Shown here: positions 51,005 through 63,993 of the stretch, in pieces
Numbering within the stretch: the stretch's first letter is position 1
How the letters are laid out: each line of letters starts with the position of its first letter
Assembly: GCF_026571515.1 (NCBI RefSeq)
Contig: NW_026867228.1
Span: 124,001 to 188,000 of the forward strand
Length of the DNA: 64,000 nt
Reading direction: 5' to 3'
Source: Ruditapes philippinarum
Lineage: Eukaryota
Notes under the pieces: model-generated
What the model saw: the letters and a program-made list of their open reading frames with translations, nothing else
What the model was told of the DNA's origin: nothing
Databases searched by the model: none
Made by a program: the position numbers and the translations under genes

Positions 51005-51629
51005 TGCTGTTATGTGGCTACTTACATCTACATAGTGTTCAATTAAGAGTTTTAAATGATACATCTCTGTGCATAAATTATTTTATAAAAATCTTGATTA
51101 ATGATAGGGATAATGATAGTGGAAATTGTTATTGGCCATGTAGATTTTAAGAATTAATTGACGGTTAACAAATCATTAGTAACTGTTATAATACATCCTC
51201 TCAGAATGAAAATGTTTTAACAATTTATCTTTGTTAATTGTGTAGGAATTGTGTAAGATATAAAGTTTAAAGACACGTTTTAGATCCAACAGGTACTAAG
51301 CAATGAGTTGAAAGTTTTTTAATTTAGGAAAACAAAGACTCGTCTTTGAACAGGGTTTGAACTCAGGCGGCCAGCAATCCTTAGATTACTGGTTTGAGGT
51401 GTTAACCATTCCACCATGCTGCCACTTCAGAATAATAATAATGTAATCTCTGGTCAAAAATAAAGTTTTAGTGCCGGCTACAAGTGTACTTCTTTAGTTA
51501 TATTTTATACTTATAATTTTATGTGATTTGATTATTTTTTAAGCAGAATTATGGTCCTTGAATTATGATAATGTCTTGTCTTTTATACTAATAATATAAC
51601 GTAAGAAATACAATTATACACATAACTTA

Positions 51630-51874
51630 CTGTCACAGTGTGAATTCACTTTATTTCATAGACATGAAATTTCGTGGTTTTGTAAAAAGACAAAAACAAA
51701 TTTAGTGGGTTTGTAAATTCTGATTCTGCAATTAGTAAAATGCAAATAATGTTATGCCAAGTAGTCTGAAAGCAGCCAATATGAAATTTCGTGTTGGATT
51801 TTAAATTCGTGGATTGACTTATCCACGAAAACCACAAACATAAGTTCCGTGCGAATAATAATGATTTTACAGTA
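51630..51874. mobile_element. Tc1/mariner-type MITE
   Basis: TACTGT...ACAGTA ends with internal AAATTTCGTGG / CCACGAAA inverted motifs. Confidence 0.55.
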
Positions 51875-52184
51875 TACATAATGTTAACCATTCCATCATG
51901 TTTCATTTTTGTTGAAATCAAAAATCGGTTGCCATACATGTTATATTTTCTTTATATTTTTTTTTGTATATTGTTTATTCTTAAACTGAAAAAAAAGTGT
52001 GATTGAAATTAATATACAATGTAATAATTATATTTTATCAGGTTCATTACAAAACTGCAGATTTTTACACATTAAATATTTTCTATGTGTGGTATAGTGA
52101 TATAATCTGTCATGCTTATTTTAAGAGTGTGTTCATAATCCTGTTAAAAATTTTAATTTTAAAGTGCATTTCATATTCTCTTAA

Positions 52185-52533
52185 AGGGACTCCACTGACG
52201 TTTTGTGACATGACAGGACTGGAAATCTTTTTTCTAAGATTTGTGTACCATTTGATGTACGTTTGCAAATTTTCAGATCATTCTCTCCCCATTTTTCCAG
52301 AATAACCATTGTTGTTATTCAAAATTACGCAAGAATGAAAAGCGTTGCAACGCTTTTTACTCAGATCGGGTCAAGAATGGCAAAAAGAATTGATATTTAA
52401 TTTAATTCTGAGTGAATTTCTATATTTTCTTTTCCACTTTTCCAGATTTTTTTTTCATGAAAGTGCTTCAATTGATCTATGTAAGAATTTCAAATTTTAT
52501 CGTTTTTGGCTTTTTGACCTCAGTGGAGCTCCT
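52185..52533. mobile_element. MITE with TTAA target duplication
   Basis: TTAA|AGGGACTCCACTGA at the left end and TCAGTGGAGCTCCT|TTAA at the right end. Confidence 0.75.
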
Positions 52534-52719
52534 TTAAATCATTTAAATATTCAGATATTTTCTCTCCTTACTTGCAGGGTTTCTTTCACTGCCAGTTCAC
52601 ACTTAGTTTATATTTCATTTGCAATATTTGATGATTTTTGTTTCTTGAGAATAAATGTGTTCTTAGTTAGAATAAACAAACAATTTTTGTTAGGATTGTA
52701 ATTAGATCTGTTGTTTTAA

Positions 52720-53760
52720 TCCGTAACCTGCTAGAACCATAAGTGATAGCCTTTTTCACTAGTATAGAGCCAAGCCAGCCTGCATATCCATGTAGTCTGA
52801 CCAGGCTCTAAACTATTGGCTGATTTATTTAAATTTTTCATCTTGATATCCCCCAATATTTATAATGGACATTTCATCAAAAGGAGCCAGACAAGACCAT
52901 TTAAGAAAATCAGCAGGTGACAGGTTCCTATTGATAATTTTGAAAAAAATAAAGATCCTTGAAATAAACCAAGAAAATTTGCATTGTATATCATGAAGTT
53001 AAACAAAAGGTTATCATCAACTTAGTGCAATAACTGGTTAAGTCTTACTTTTAATAGGAGATAGCCAGTAATTGCACTAAGTTGAGGTTATATTTCACTC
53101 GAAAAAGTCTGCAAAGAGTTGCCTCAGTTACCCATTTAGTTAAGAATATTTTTTATGAATTATATTATTTTGAAATGTATGTATAATTGCATTTACATTT
53201 ATAGATCTACTTAAGTTCCTAAAATAGCATATGTTTCCTAAATATGAAATTAAAAATAAATCATATTAAGGAAAAATGTAATAATTTTGAGTGCATTGTT
53301 GTAGAATAATGCATGGCTTGAGTTCAGAAAGTAAAAATGGAGTATAATATAAATCTGAAAGATTTTGCAAAATTATAATTGAATATATATTTTTTTTCTT
53401 AATTTTGTTTGCGTGTTCACACTATGTGCATTTATTACAGATATTTTTAAAATGTGATATTGTATAAACAGCCTGTAAACAGTGTACACATTTTACTTCA
53501 CTGTGCCTCGTTATCATCAATAGTTTACATACTGTATTCTTGCTGCCTTTCACATAATTAGTTAAGAGATTTGCCTATGAAACTAAAAGTGATTAGCCTT
53601 TGCCATCAGTATAGAGCCAGGTCAGCCTGCACATCCGTGCAGTCTGACCAGGCTCTATACTGTTGGCCAATAAATCATAAATCTTAATCTTGATAACCCC
53701 AAATTGATAATGGACAGTCCCATAAATAAAAGTTGGGCAAGTCCATTTAGCAGCTTAAGT
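52720..53760. repeat. Two copies of a ~200-bp dispersed MITE-like repeat (~52720-52930 and ~53570-53760)
   Basis: Shared AGTATAGAGCCA...CAGCCTGCA.ATCC.TG.AGTCTGACCAGGCTCTA.ACT.TTGGC core. Confidence 0.65.
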
Positions 53761-54947
53761 GTTTCCTTAGGAGTTTTTTTTTTTTGTTATTATCACTTTG
53801 CCGTCCAGTGCTATTTTACATTTTATACATATATTCTCAGAGCCATAGTCATGGTTTTTAACATAATTTTGCTTATTTTTCTTTTAAAAAGCAAAATTGA
53901 TACACTGATACTTCCTAATCTATGTAATGACTTTATAACAATTGAAATAAATCATATTGAAACATTTTGTAAGAATAAGAAGGTACATTTGTAACTCTCA
54001 TATTATATTAGAGATATTTTTGATATTAAGTTGTAAATATTAACTATTTAATTTCGATCCACACAACTCTTCAAAAACTAAAACATTGGGTTAATACAAG
54101 GGCCCTATATCATTCTGATTTCTAAAATAGTTTCGATTTAAGTATTATAAAGGTAAAATATTGTTCAGCGTTTTATTTTTACATAATTTTGGCCATGTTT
54201 AATATGCATAAAGAATTTGAACTACAGCTTATAATAGAGCATTTTTCTGCTCTATATATGCTCATTTCATTATCTACTCTGTTTCATGCTCATCTTATTC
54301 TCTTTTAATACTCATCGTTCAGCTGTGCCTTTTTGATCTGATTTCATGTATTGATTTTTGTCATAATATTTTTTAACAAGTAGAAAGTTTCATAATCAAC
54401 TACTTTCAAGCGATAATTGTTTCTTACACTCGCTGATGGAAATGCCTTATCCTTCATTCTTAAAATCATATTCTAAAAATTGTTATATTTGTATGAAAAG
54501 TGGATTATTCAGAGGATAAAAGTTGTTATATTTTGTATAAAAAGTGGATTATTTAGAAGATAGTAGGATTATTACCAAATTAAACAAATTGTATTAAAAG
54601 TTGTTGTAGAAATGATACATGTACTTCAAAAAGCCTTATAATGAAAAATTTTGGATATGAATCTATACATGTGAGTCGTAATATCTACATGTATATTTTT
54701 TCAACCATATTGATTTTTAGCTTGTTAGTTTCTAATAGAAAGTTGAGTTGTTATGAGCGCTGTAACATTGTTGTCTTTGTGCAAAAAACTTTAATGTAAC
54801 CCATTATTCAAACATTTTAATGATAGAAGATGCATAATTCTGAAATCAATGAATATCATGGAGTTATGCCTCTTTTGAATTTTTTACAGATGAGTGTTTA
54901 CACTGCATGCAATGCTCTTGTTTTAAATAAAATCCTTTGATGCATTA

Positions 54948-56012
54948 TTAGCTCACCTGTCACAAAGTGACAGGGTGAGCTTTTGTGATCGCTTTTCGTC
55001 CGGCCGTAAACTTTTACTTTAAATGACATCTCCTCATAAACCACTAAGCCAATTTCATCCAAACTTCACAGGAATGTTTCTTTGGTGGTCACCTTTAAAA
55101 ATTGTTCAAAGAATTCAATTCCATGCAGAACTCTGGTTGCCATGGCAACCGAAAGAAAAAACTTTAAATATCTTCTTTTAAAAAACCATAAGAGCTAGAG
55201 CTTAGATATTTGGCATGAAACATCTTCTAGTGAGTGTCTACCAAGTTTGTTCAAATAAAAGCCCTGGGGTCAAAATTGGCCCCGCCCCGGGGGGTCATTG
55301 ATTTTCCCTATATGCATATAGTAAAAACTTAAAAAATCTTCTTTTAAAGAACCCAAAGAGCTAGAGCTAAGATATTTTAGCATGAAACATGTTCTAATGG
55401 GTGTCTACCAAGTTTGTTCAAATAAAGCCCTGGGGTCAAAATTGGCCCCGCCCCGGGGGTCATTGATTTTCCCTATATGCATATAGTAAAAACTTAAAAA
55501 ATCTTCTTTTAAAGAACTCAAAGCGCTATGGCTAAGATATTGAGCATCAAACATGTTCTAATAGGTGTCTACCAAGTTTGTTCAAATAAAAGCCCTGGGG
55601 TCAAAATTGGCCCCACCCCAGGGGGTCATTGACTTTCCCTATATGCATATAGTAAAAAATCTTCTTTTAAAGAACCCAAAGAGTTAGAGCTAAGATATTT
55701 GGCATGAAACATGTTATAATAAGTGTTTACCAAGTTTGTTCAAATAAAAGCCCTGGGGTCAAAATTGGCCCCGCCCCAGGGGTGTCATTGTTTTTAACTA
55801 TATGTGTATAGTAAAAACTTTAAAAAAATCTTCTTTTAAAAAGCCCAATGAGCTAGAGCTTAGATGTTTAGCATGAAACATCTTATGGGTGTCTACCAAG
55901 TTTGTGCAAATAAAAGCCCTGGGGTTAAAATTGGCCCTGCAACGTTGTGGGGGGTGGGGGTGGGGGCCTATATACAGGTGAGCGACCTCAGGGCCATCAT
56001 GGCCCTCTTGTT
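54948..56012 (+). mobile_element. Helentron/HINE-like element with five ~165-bp core repeats
   Basis: 5' TTAGCTCACCTG with GTCACAAAGTGAC hairpin. Core repeats start at ~55241, 55408, 55572, 55730 and 55896. The 3' end has CAGGTGAGC and the hairpin AGGGCCATCATGGCCCT, then CTTGTTTT. Confidence 0.9.
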
Positions 56013-56057
56013 TTGTATATTGCTTTAGTAAAATGGTAAAGACAAATTTGACAGTAA

Positions 56058-57057
56058 TTAGCTCGACTTTTCTATGAAAAGGGGAGCTATCCTACTCGCC
56101 CCGGCGTCGGCGTCGGCGTCACACCTTGGTTAAGTTTTTCGTACCACCCCACTTTATTTCAGAAGTATTACAAGTATGGCTTTGAAACTTACCATACTTG
56201 TTCACCATCATAACCTCCATCTACAGACAAGAGTACATAACTCTGTCAAGGTTTTTGACAGAATTATGGCCCTTTTTTGACTTAGAAAGTGTATTGAGCT
56301 TGGTTAAGTTTTTTGTACCACCTCACTTTATTTCAAAACCATTGGAGGTATTGCTTTGAAACTGACCATACTTGTTTACCATCACGACCTTCATCAACAG
56401 ACAAGAGGACATAACTCTGTCAAGGTTTTTGACAGAATTATGCCCCTTTTTGACTTAGAAAATACATTGAATATGGGTAAAATCCACTTATTGCCTTAAC
56501 CCTTTGAGATATTGCTTTGAAACTTTTAATGCTATTTCACATCATTACCCCATCTGTACGCAAGAGAAGGTAACTCTGTCAAGGATTTGTTTTAAAAATT
56601 AAGGCCTTTTATCGACTTAGAATCTTGGTTAAGTTTTTTAGTACCAGTCCACTTTTTGACTGAACTGTTTGAGATATTAATTTGAAAGTTGGAATACTTG
56701 TTTACAATCATGATTCCCAAACATGTCAGGAGAAGGTAATTCTGTCAAAGATTTTATTTGAATTATGGCCCTTAACTGTCAATGTTTTGTATTATAGGCA
56801 AGCACTAAAAAACTTAAAAAATCTAAAAAAATTCATTCCTATCCACTTGTTCACTTTACCATAAATTATGTCATATAAACATTGCTGTAATATTCAAGGG
56901 TATCAAACAACTAGTTATTTTTCTCTTTTTGTACTTGAAATTAAAATCAGTAGTATATGCATATTTCACATTTTATCTCGCCTATTACTGCAAAAACTTT
57001 TTTTATTGGCAAGCAATAAAAAAGTCGAGCGCGCTGTCTTACGGACAGCTCTTGTTT
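56058..57057 (+). mobile_element. Second Helentron/HINE-like element, different family
   Basis: 5' TTAGCTCGACTTT and (GGCGTC)n, repeated AACTCTGTCAAGG/GAATTATG units, then 3' AAAGTCGAGC, hairpin GCTGTCTTACGGACAGC and TCTTGTTTT. Confidence 0.88.
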
Positions 57058-60000
57058 TATATTTATTTTAGGGCTAGGATATAAATGGTTGTGAATGTTG
57101 CTATATTTTAAATGGGTTATTCCAGTACTATTGTACAAAAACACCTACTATCTGTTCTGGTCTTGAAGGGACCAAATATATAGGCCATTAGTAACTTTAC
57201 AATATATGTGATAAATGTCATTTATGTTTTTTTTCCAAAGGAAAAAATTACTGTAATTCTGGGGCTGTATTCATAAAGCTCCTATGGGAAAAATTCCTTA
57301 GTTTTCAAGATTTTCCATAAAATACATAAGATTTCCCTTAGTTTTAAAGAAGTTCCTTAGTTGCTATTCATAAAACTCCTTAGGGTGAAAATTCCATAAT
57401 TTAATGAAATTATAATGCTAAATAGTATTTGTTTGTGCTAGAGCTCTTAATTTTATATACAGTTACATGTATATAGATATAATAATGTTAAGGAATAATG
57501 TAAAGCTTACACCAGTCATTTAGTTAAGACAGCGCTTCTCATTATCCTACTTATCACACTAAATATTTTAAAATGGATTTATCCATTTATTTATCCAGAC
57601 AAAACCATTCATCATTTTTCAGGAAATTTTAAAAATACTGGTACATACTGATGAAATAGCGAACAGTGCAGACCATAATCAGACAGAACGACTGTGCTAC
57701 GTGATCTTGGTCTGCACTGCTGGTATAGGTTAGTTCAGTTGCCACCAGTATGTTAAGGGTTAATTTTTTTTCACTTACATTCCACAACAAATACCAGTGA
57801 TTTTATGAGATTGTTTTGCCTGTCTATTTGCAAATAGCATGTATAAAATTTCATATATTCTCTAATAATGGAAAAAAGTTATGTTGCTCTTTAATTATAT
57901 TTCCTATGATAGATGGAGGATAAATAATGCCAAATTTGATATTTATGTTAAAAATCAGAAATGTGGACTTACACTGTTAAGAACAAACTATTACTTTTGT
58001 CAAATTTTGTTTTGATCTTTGTAAATAGATTGATCTTGTTAAAGTTTAGCTGAATTATCTGTTACTGTATATTGTACATTTCTGCAACGTTTTAACAGCA
58101 ATCTGTAGATATCTGTAATAGAATGAATTAAAAGGCAAATATTTTGCATTTTATAGAAGAAAGTATTCAGTTTACACCTGAAATGTTTATGAATATACAT
58201 GTAAGCCTATATTTTTTCAGATACAAATAATGCGATATTATAGGAAAACTGTTTAATATTTTTATGATGAAAACAGAAAAAAAGTGAATTAGATATTTAT
58301 ATCAAGTTGGTAATTAGACATTTATATAAAGTTGTTCTCTTCCAGTAACACTATGTTTTTATTCATAAACATTTGTGTTAGGTTATATGGCCAAAACTGA
58401 ACAATTGTAAGCTGTTACTATACTGCAGGTTTCTAACGTCACTTTCAATTGGATAATCGTGATGTTTATATAGTTTTATGTACACGGCTGCTGTCAATTT
58501 TCTACAAAATCTCACTTTTTTGTCAAAAAAGTAAGTTTGCTGTATTATAAATTCTTCATAGATATTCCTTACAGGTTATATGACTTCATATAAATGGTTG
58601 TTTGCAATATAACTCTAACCTTGCGGCTCGGGTTATATTTCCAAACAGCCGTTAATATAGGGTCATATAACCTGTCAAAAAAAATCTTTATAACTAATAA
58701 TATAACCTGTCAAAAATCTTTATAATTTAATTTATTATACTGTACAATTATTTTATTTGATGAAAAATGAAAATTTATTCATAAATTTACAGAATTTATA
58801 TATTCATGAATTTACAGAATTTATAAAGGTAATATAATTATCGTGATAGGTATCCAATGAAATTAATTTTGAAGATTACCCAATTTCAAATCACCAATGA
58901 AATTCCAAGTTACAAACTTGTAGTATTATAAAATCAAATATATCAAGTTTGATATCAATATGATATTATTTACAACACATATATACTTTTTTGTACATGT
59001 ATTTTTTTTACTTATAGGTAAACGTTGAATTATTTTATTCACTGTTTTAAGTGAAGAGAAATAAGAATTGTAAACTTCTTAATTAAAACATTTAACTTGA
59101 AAAGCAATGTGAGAGATTTAAAGTAATTATTCATGTTTTAATAACAGGGTGTCTAGAATCAGTCTCAAAAGTGTTTAAAAGTTTCCACTTTTCTTTTGAT
59201 GAAATGTCTATTGATTAAAAGTTGCATATTGAAATTTGCTTTACTGTTTGTACTTTTGTATTTAAAAAATATGAAATACACTGTTTATGGTAAAATACAC
59301 AGTTGTTTTTATTTGGACCTTGTTATTTAAAACAACAATAACCTGCACAGCATGTCAATTTATCTCTACCATTTCGCAATGCATGTACATAAAGCTAAAA
59401 CGTCAGGTGTCTCGACCTCTTGGTCCGTTCTCTCAGTGCCTGAAAGAGCTAATGGATCTCATTAAGCCTAGAATACAGACATGTCGGTAACATAATGTCT
59501 TGCTCTTGTTTTATTGATGTGGATACACCAATTAACTAAAGCTTTAATTCACAATCTAACTTTTTGTCTTTTTGTAATGCGTACTGTATGTAGTCTATGT
59601 TTAAAAAGAGTCTAAATGTAAAGACACAAAAAGTAGACTTGGCTGTCGAGTACGGGACCTGGATATGTCACTAGTCATACCCTTAAAGGTTAATTTTGAA
59701 GCACAAAGTGGTAATAATTTACCTCCGTGGAGTTTCCACGGAATATTAGCCAAAGTCAAAAGTAGGTACGGTGGTCAATGAGAACCTAGATGTACAGTAA
59801 CTCGAGACAATAATGAAAGGAGGTAACCCTTAAAAGGGCTGTTGGTGCCAAGCAAAAGGCCTGTCTTACAAGCCATCTATCTGTGATAGGGGCTCCCGCA
59901 CCCTAGCATACTAACCTCGTCGTCTGCCTACATAGTAGGGCCACTCCTCCCCTCGGCATTAGTCAGGCCACCGGCAGCTAGTCCGCAGTACAAGTTCTGA

Positions 60001-60407
60001 TTTTTTTTGCGCCATCCCAAGTCTTCAAATCTTCTGCCGATGCCCTGCCCCCTCTCAGCCACGTGCACGCTCCGAAAGGAAAATGAGAAGTGTCATTTTA
60101 TCGTCATACACTCATTATAAACCAGCAAGCCAAGCACATGCATGTGCCTCATCATTATATTGAACATTGGTACATTAGATAATCACGTTATACGACCAGA
60201 ATAACGACGGCAGCTTTACTTCTTCTCGCCGATCAAAAAAAAAAAAAAAAAAAAAAAAAAAATGAGAAAGAAAAAAAAATACATTTGACGTGGTTACTGA
60301 CGGTGACTCGGTGAAAATTACTTTCTGCCTCCAGCAGTAATTAAATGTCTTTATGACTGAACCACAAAATCATTTGAAAAATCTGTATTGTAATTTAGTT
60401 GTATGTT

Positions 60408-60724
60408 TAAAGGCCCATTATGCTTTCATATTTATTTTTCAAAGTCTTCCTATTCTTGGTATTCTTTAATAGTTTCAAACAAGTTACTCATTGGCCAACT
60501 ACCTGAACTGTCTTTTGACAATAAGTGTACATTGTGTATTTAAAATAGTACTTTGTTTACATTTTGCTTCTTTAATGACATACTGTTTTACATCAACTAC
60601 TATTTTCTTCAGGTAACAAACATGTATCATGCTATTAAACCATTGTTCTAAGTTATAAAACTCATGTTTGACCTTTCTAAAGAAGTAAATATTTACACAT
60701 TTCTGAGGCATAATGTGCCTTTAA
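60408..60724. mobile_element. TTAA-flanked MITE (same family as 48400-48780)
   Basis: TTAAAGGCCCATTATGC at the left end and TTTCTGAGGCATAATGTGCCTTTAA at the right end. Confidence 0.75.
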
Positions 60725-61392
60725 CATACGTACTAAAATTTACGAGGTTATTGAAATGAAACGACGAAAAACTTCTCTAAGATCTAAGTACCATAGCATA
60801 TCCCCCATTTACTTATTATTAAGTCATCAATATATTAAATTTATTAAAAGACTGCTATCCGATATTCAGTATAAAATTTGAGGGTTGTTAAAAAGAAATA
60901 TTTTTGAATTCGTTAGCTTGTCTTTCTTTAAAAAAAAGACTGCCAGTTTTCTAAATGACACTATATTTATAGGGTGTCCACTTATAGTGTGAAGGATTTA
61001 AAGCATAACATATCTACACTAAGTCAAAAATGATAAGTTTATTTTATACTTACAAAAAGACTGCAGCAATACAATATTTTCAACCTAGTTTATTCTTTCA
61101 ATTTCATACAATTTTAAACTCTAAAAAAGACTTTTACAATTCAATGTTAATATACTAATATACTTAATAACCTCAGTTGTTAAAGGCGTGCACAATTTTC
61201 ATCGATTCGATAAAAATATATATTACTAATTCATTAATTAATGTATATAATATTGGTTATTGGTTTTTACCTATTAGAAATATTTGATTATAACAAATAT
61301 ACTTACGTAAATCAGTGGTAAACTAAAGGAAATGTTTTCATCTTCCCGTTTTAAGGATAGGAATTTCCTCTTCCGTACAAAGTTAAAATACA

Positions 61393-61400
61393 TATAAATA
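61393..61400 (+). promoter_or_regulatory. TATA box of the Gly-rich protein gene
   Basis: TATAAATA lies ~135 bp before a GTAAGT donor at 61530, consistent with a short non-coding first exon. Confidence 0.55.
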
Positions 61401-61801
61401 TACGGCCTCTGTTGATGGACAGTAGAATCAACGTGTCGTCCAACTTGACATTACCAAGGTTAAAAAGAAAGAATCACCAAAAACAATCAACGTCTTTCTC
61501 AACGTTAGTAGCATCTTAAAAAAGAACAAGTAAGTAATTAGCATCCAGCTTAGAATGTAATAAGATGTTAGGTCAGTTTTTAAAGAAATGCAAATGATAA
61601 TTAAAGTGTTTGTTTCATTTGGTCTAAACAACATTTATTTCTTCTTCAATATTTACAAACAAAATTACAATATATAAATTGCATTCAGGATTGAGTAAAA
61701 AGCTTAAATATTATATGACACTCTCTTCAGTACATCAGTCACTGTTTGTTTCATTTAATTTACATGTATGTCTTGATAAGATTTTTTTTCTATTATTTAG
61801 T

Positions 61802-62393
61802 ATGAACAAAATGGTTTATTTGGGATGTTTGGCTCTGGTCTCATGTATTGGTATGGCTCTTGGTTACGGAAGTGTAATGACTGGACAGAAGGCCACAGGC
61901 TACCCATACATGCCTAACATGGGTTATGGGTATGTTCCCTACATGACCGCCCCCTCAGGGTTCGGAGGATTCCTCGGCGGCACCGGAAGCTCTGCAGGAG
62001 GCATGGGAATGTTTGGAAGTATCATACAATGTATGTAACTCAGTAAAATAAATATTCTTTTGTCAAGTAAAAGCAAATAAATGATTATTTTATTTATTGA
62101 TATAGTTTTAAGATTGTGCCCTATGATTAATTATTAATAAGTCACACTTAGTCGATAAAAATTTCAAATCATGTTATTATTATGTTCTATATAATTATGC
62201 TATATATTTCAGAGCACTTTATATAAAACAAAAGTAAAGACTGTGTTCTTATTTTCTTCTTTATATTTCAGTGTTTATGTTTATCTTTGTGATAAACCTC
62301 TTGTTCTCGAGCACAGGTCTAGGCTCCGGGGGTCTCGGTATCGGCAAGAAACCCTCCAAAGCAAGCTCTGATTACGATTATTATCTAAAATAA
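61802..62393 (+). CDS. Small secreted Gly/Tyr/Met-rich protein (116 aa), shell-matrix/structural-protein-like
   Basis: Coding exons 61802-62030 and 62272-62393 join in phase 1 (GT-AG). Protein: MNKMVYLGCLALVSCIGMALG YGSVMTGQKATGYPYMPNMGYGYVPYMTAPSGFGGFLGGTGSSAGGMGMFGSIIQLFMFIFVINLLFSSTGLGSGGLGIGKKPSKASSDYDYYLK*. A probable 3'UTR intron spans 62401-62985, with AATAAA at ~63098. Confidence 0.85.
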
Positions 62394-62487
62394 TAACAAG
62401 GTATGTAAACTTGGCATTCAATATTCAAACAATTTGAGTATCTAACCTGATTTCATTTCAGATTTGGCTACCTTTACATTTTAAACA

Positions 62488-62815
62488 GAGAGCTGATATG
62501 CGTTTCATAGAAAGTCTTTAGTCTGAAATCAGTCTTAAGACCAAAACTGGGATAATTTTGCTTTTTTAAAAAATGTCCTAATTCTAGACTTTTTATTTCT
62601 GAATAGCAATGCTGAGGGGTATTTACACGTTGCGAGTAAAAAGATCTGCCATTGTATTTCTTAACTTTTCAGGATAATGAATTTATTTATGGTCTAAAGT
62701 ATTTGACAGAAGATAAAAATGTTTATTGAAACAGTCTTAAAAGTTAGTTCTAAAATTGTTTTTATGTCCTAGGACTTAGGATACACTTAGGACTTTCTTT
62801 GAAACGCAGCCCTGT
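62488..62815. mobile_element. MITE in the 3'UTR intron (Harbinger-like ends)
   Basis: GCGTTTCATAGAAAGTC is mirrored by GACTTTCTTTGAAACGC, which is followed by AGCCCTG. Confidence 0.6.
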
Positions 62816-63725
62816 CGTTTTTTAAGAATGACACACAAAGTACACAAACTTAATAAACCTCAAATGAAGACAAACGTTTGTAACAAAGACAATTATGACT
62901 TCAGTAAATAGACCTTTTTAATGCTTTATCCGATTATTTTGGTAACATCTTCTTTTATGTATACATTTAATTTCTTTTTTTTCAGGATCCAAGAAGTACG
63001 ACTTATCAAACGTTTTTAGTTATGTAAACCACACACCAAATAATACTCAACTGTGATCCTTACGAGTTTGTCTATTTATTATAACTGAAGAAAAAATAAT
63101 AAAATAGTAAATCATTACATTGTTCATTGTTTTGTCATTGTACATGTCACCAAGGGACACAACCACTGAACTTTACAAATTAGCACCCTTTTAAAATGTA
63201 TATCCTTCATAAATGATTATGTAATTATTTCATTGCGTTTCAACCATACCTGACAAGATACAGTTTTAAACAATTCTTTTAATACATGTTTGAAAAGTCG
63301 TTTGTCCCAGATGTACGCACCTTATAGATGTTTTAACAACGCGCAAACTCAACCGCAATTTTCTTGCACACACAAGCATGCAGCTAGTTATAACAACTGT
63401 GCAAATGAGTGTATCACATGCATGAAACATATTACTTATTTTTAACTACCGACTTTTTTAAAGTATCTTTAAACAAAAATTTAACGCCCAAAGCTAGATT
63501 AGAAACTACAGATTATCCAAATTTGATGGCTTTATCAAGTGACCAATAACATTACTCAATATCAATGATCAAGATACGATTATCTGAAATAATCGTCATA
63601 TTGAGTTAAGAGATAAATTATTGATAAGCATTCGGGACACCTCGCCGATTGCGATTGTTATATTAATTAGTCGTTTTGATTCACAAACTTTGACATTAAA
63701 GAAGTTATAAAAATAGTAGTGGAAG

Positions 63726-63993
63726 ATGGAAACGGAATTGACAGAGGAAAAAGAAATGAAAGATTCATTTGATGAGGTGTTAGACTTTGGAGAAAATAGT
63801 GGTCTTGCTGATTTAAAATTGACTGTCGAGGGCAGAACTATTCCTGTAATAAAAGGACTGCTTTGCATGGCTTCACCTAAACTGTGTTCTATACTAGAGT
63901 CAACAACAGAATTAGATTTACCTGAAAAGAAATATGACGACGTTGTGGAATTCCTGAAATGTATTTATCCAAACAAATTAAAGACGATCACAG
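63726..63993 (+). CDS. BTB/POZ domain protein, first coding exon (gene continues past the window)
   Basis: METELTEEKEMKDSFDEVLDFGENSGLADLKLTVEGRTIPVIKGLLCMASPKLCSILESTTELDLPEKKYDDVVEFLKCIYPNKLKTIT, ending at an AG|GT donor at 63993/63994. D.KL.VEG...V...L...SP and LP.K......EFL.CIYP are BTB-type motifs. The ORF track misses it because it has no stop inside the window. Confidence 0.85.

Noticed and set aside
59404-59460. HDV-like ribozyme (CAGGTG/TGCCTG, GGTCC/GGATC, GCTAAT)
   Set aside because: Too few bases for P3/L3 and no GG for P1.1, so the fold cannot be completed.
59820-59925. Telomerase RNA template
   Set aside because: Only TAACCCT and CTAACCTC are present, not a full CTAACCCTAA-type template, and no pseudoknot or H/ACA support was seen.
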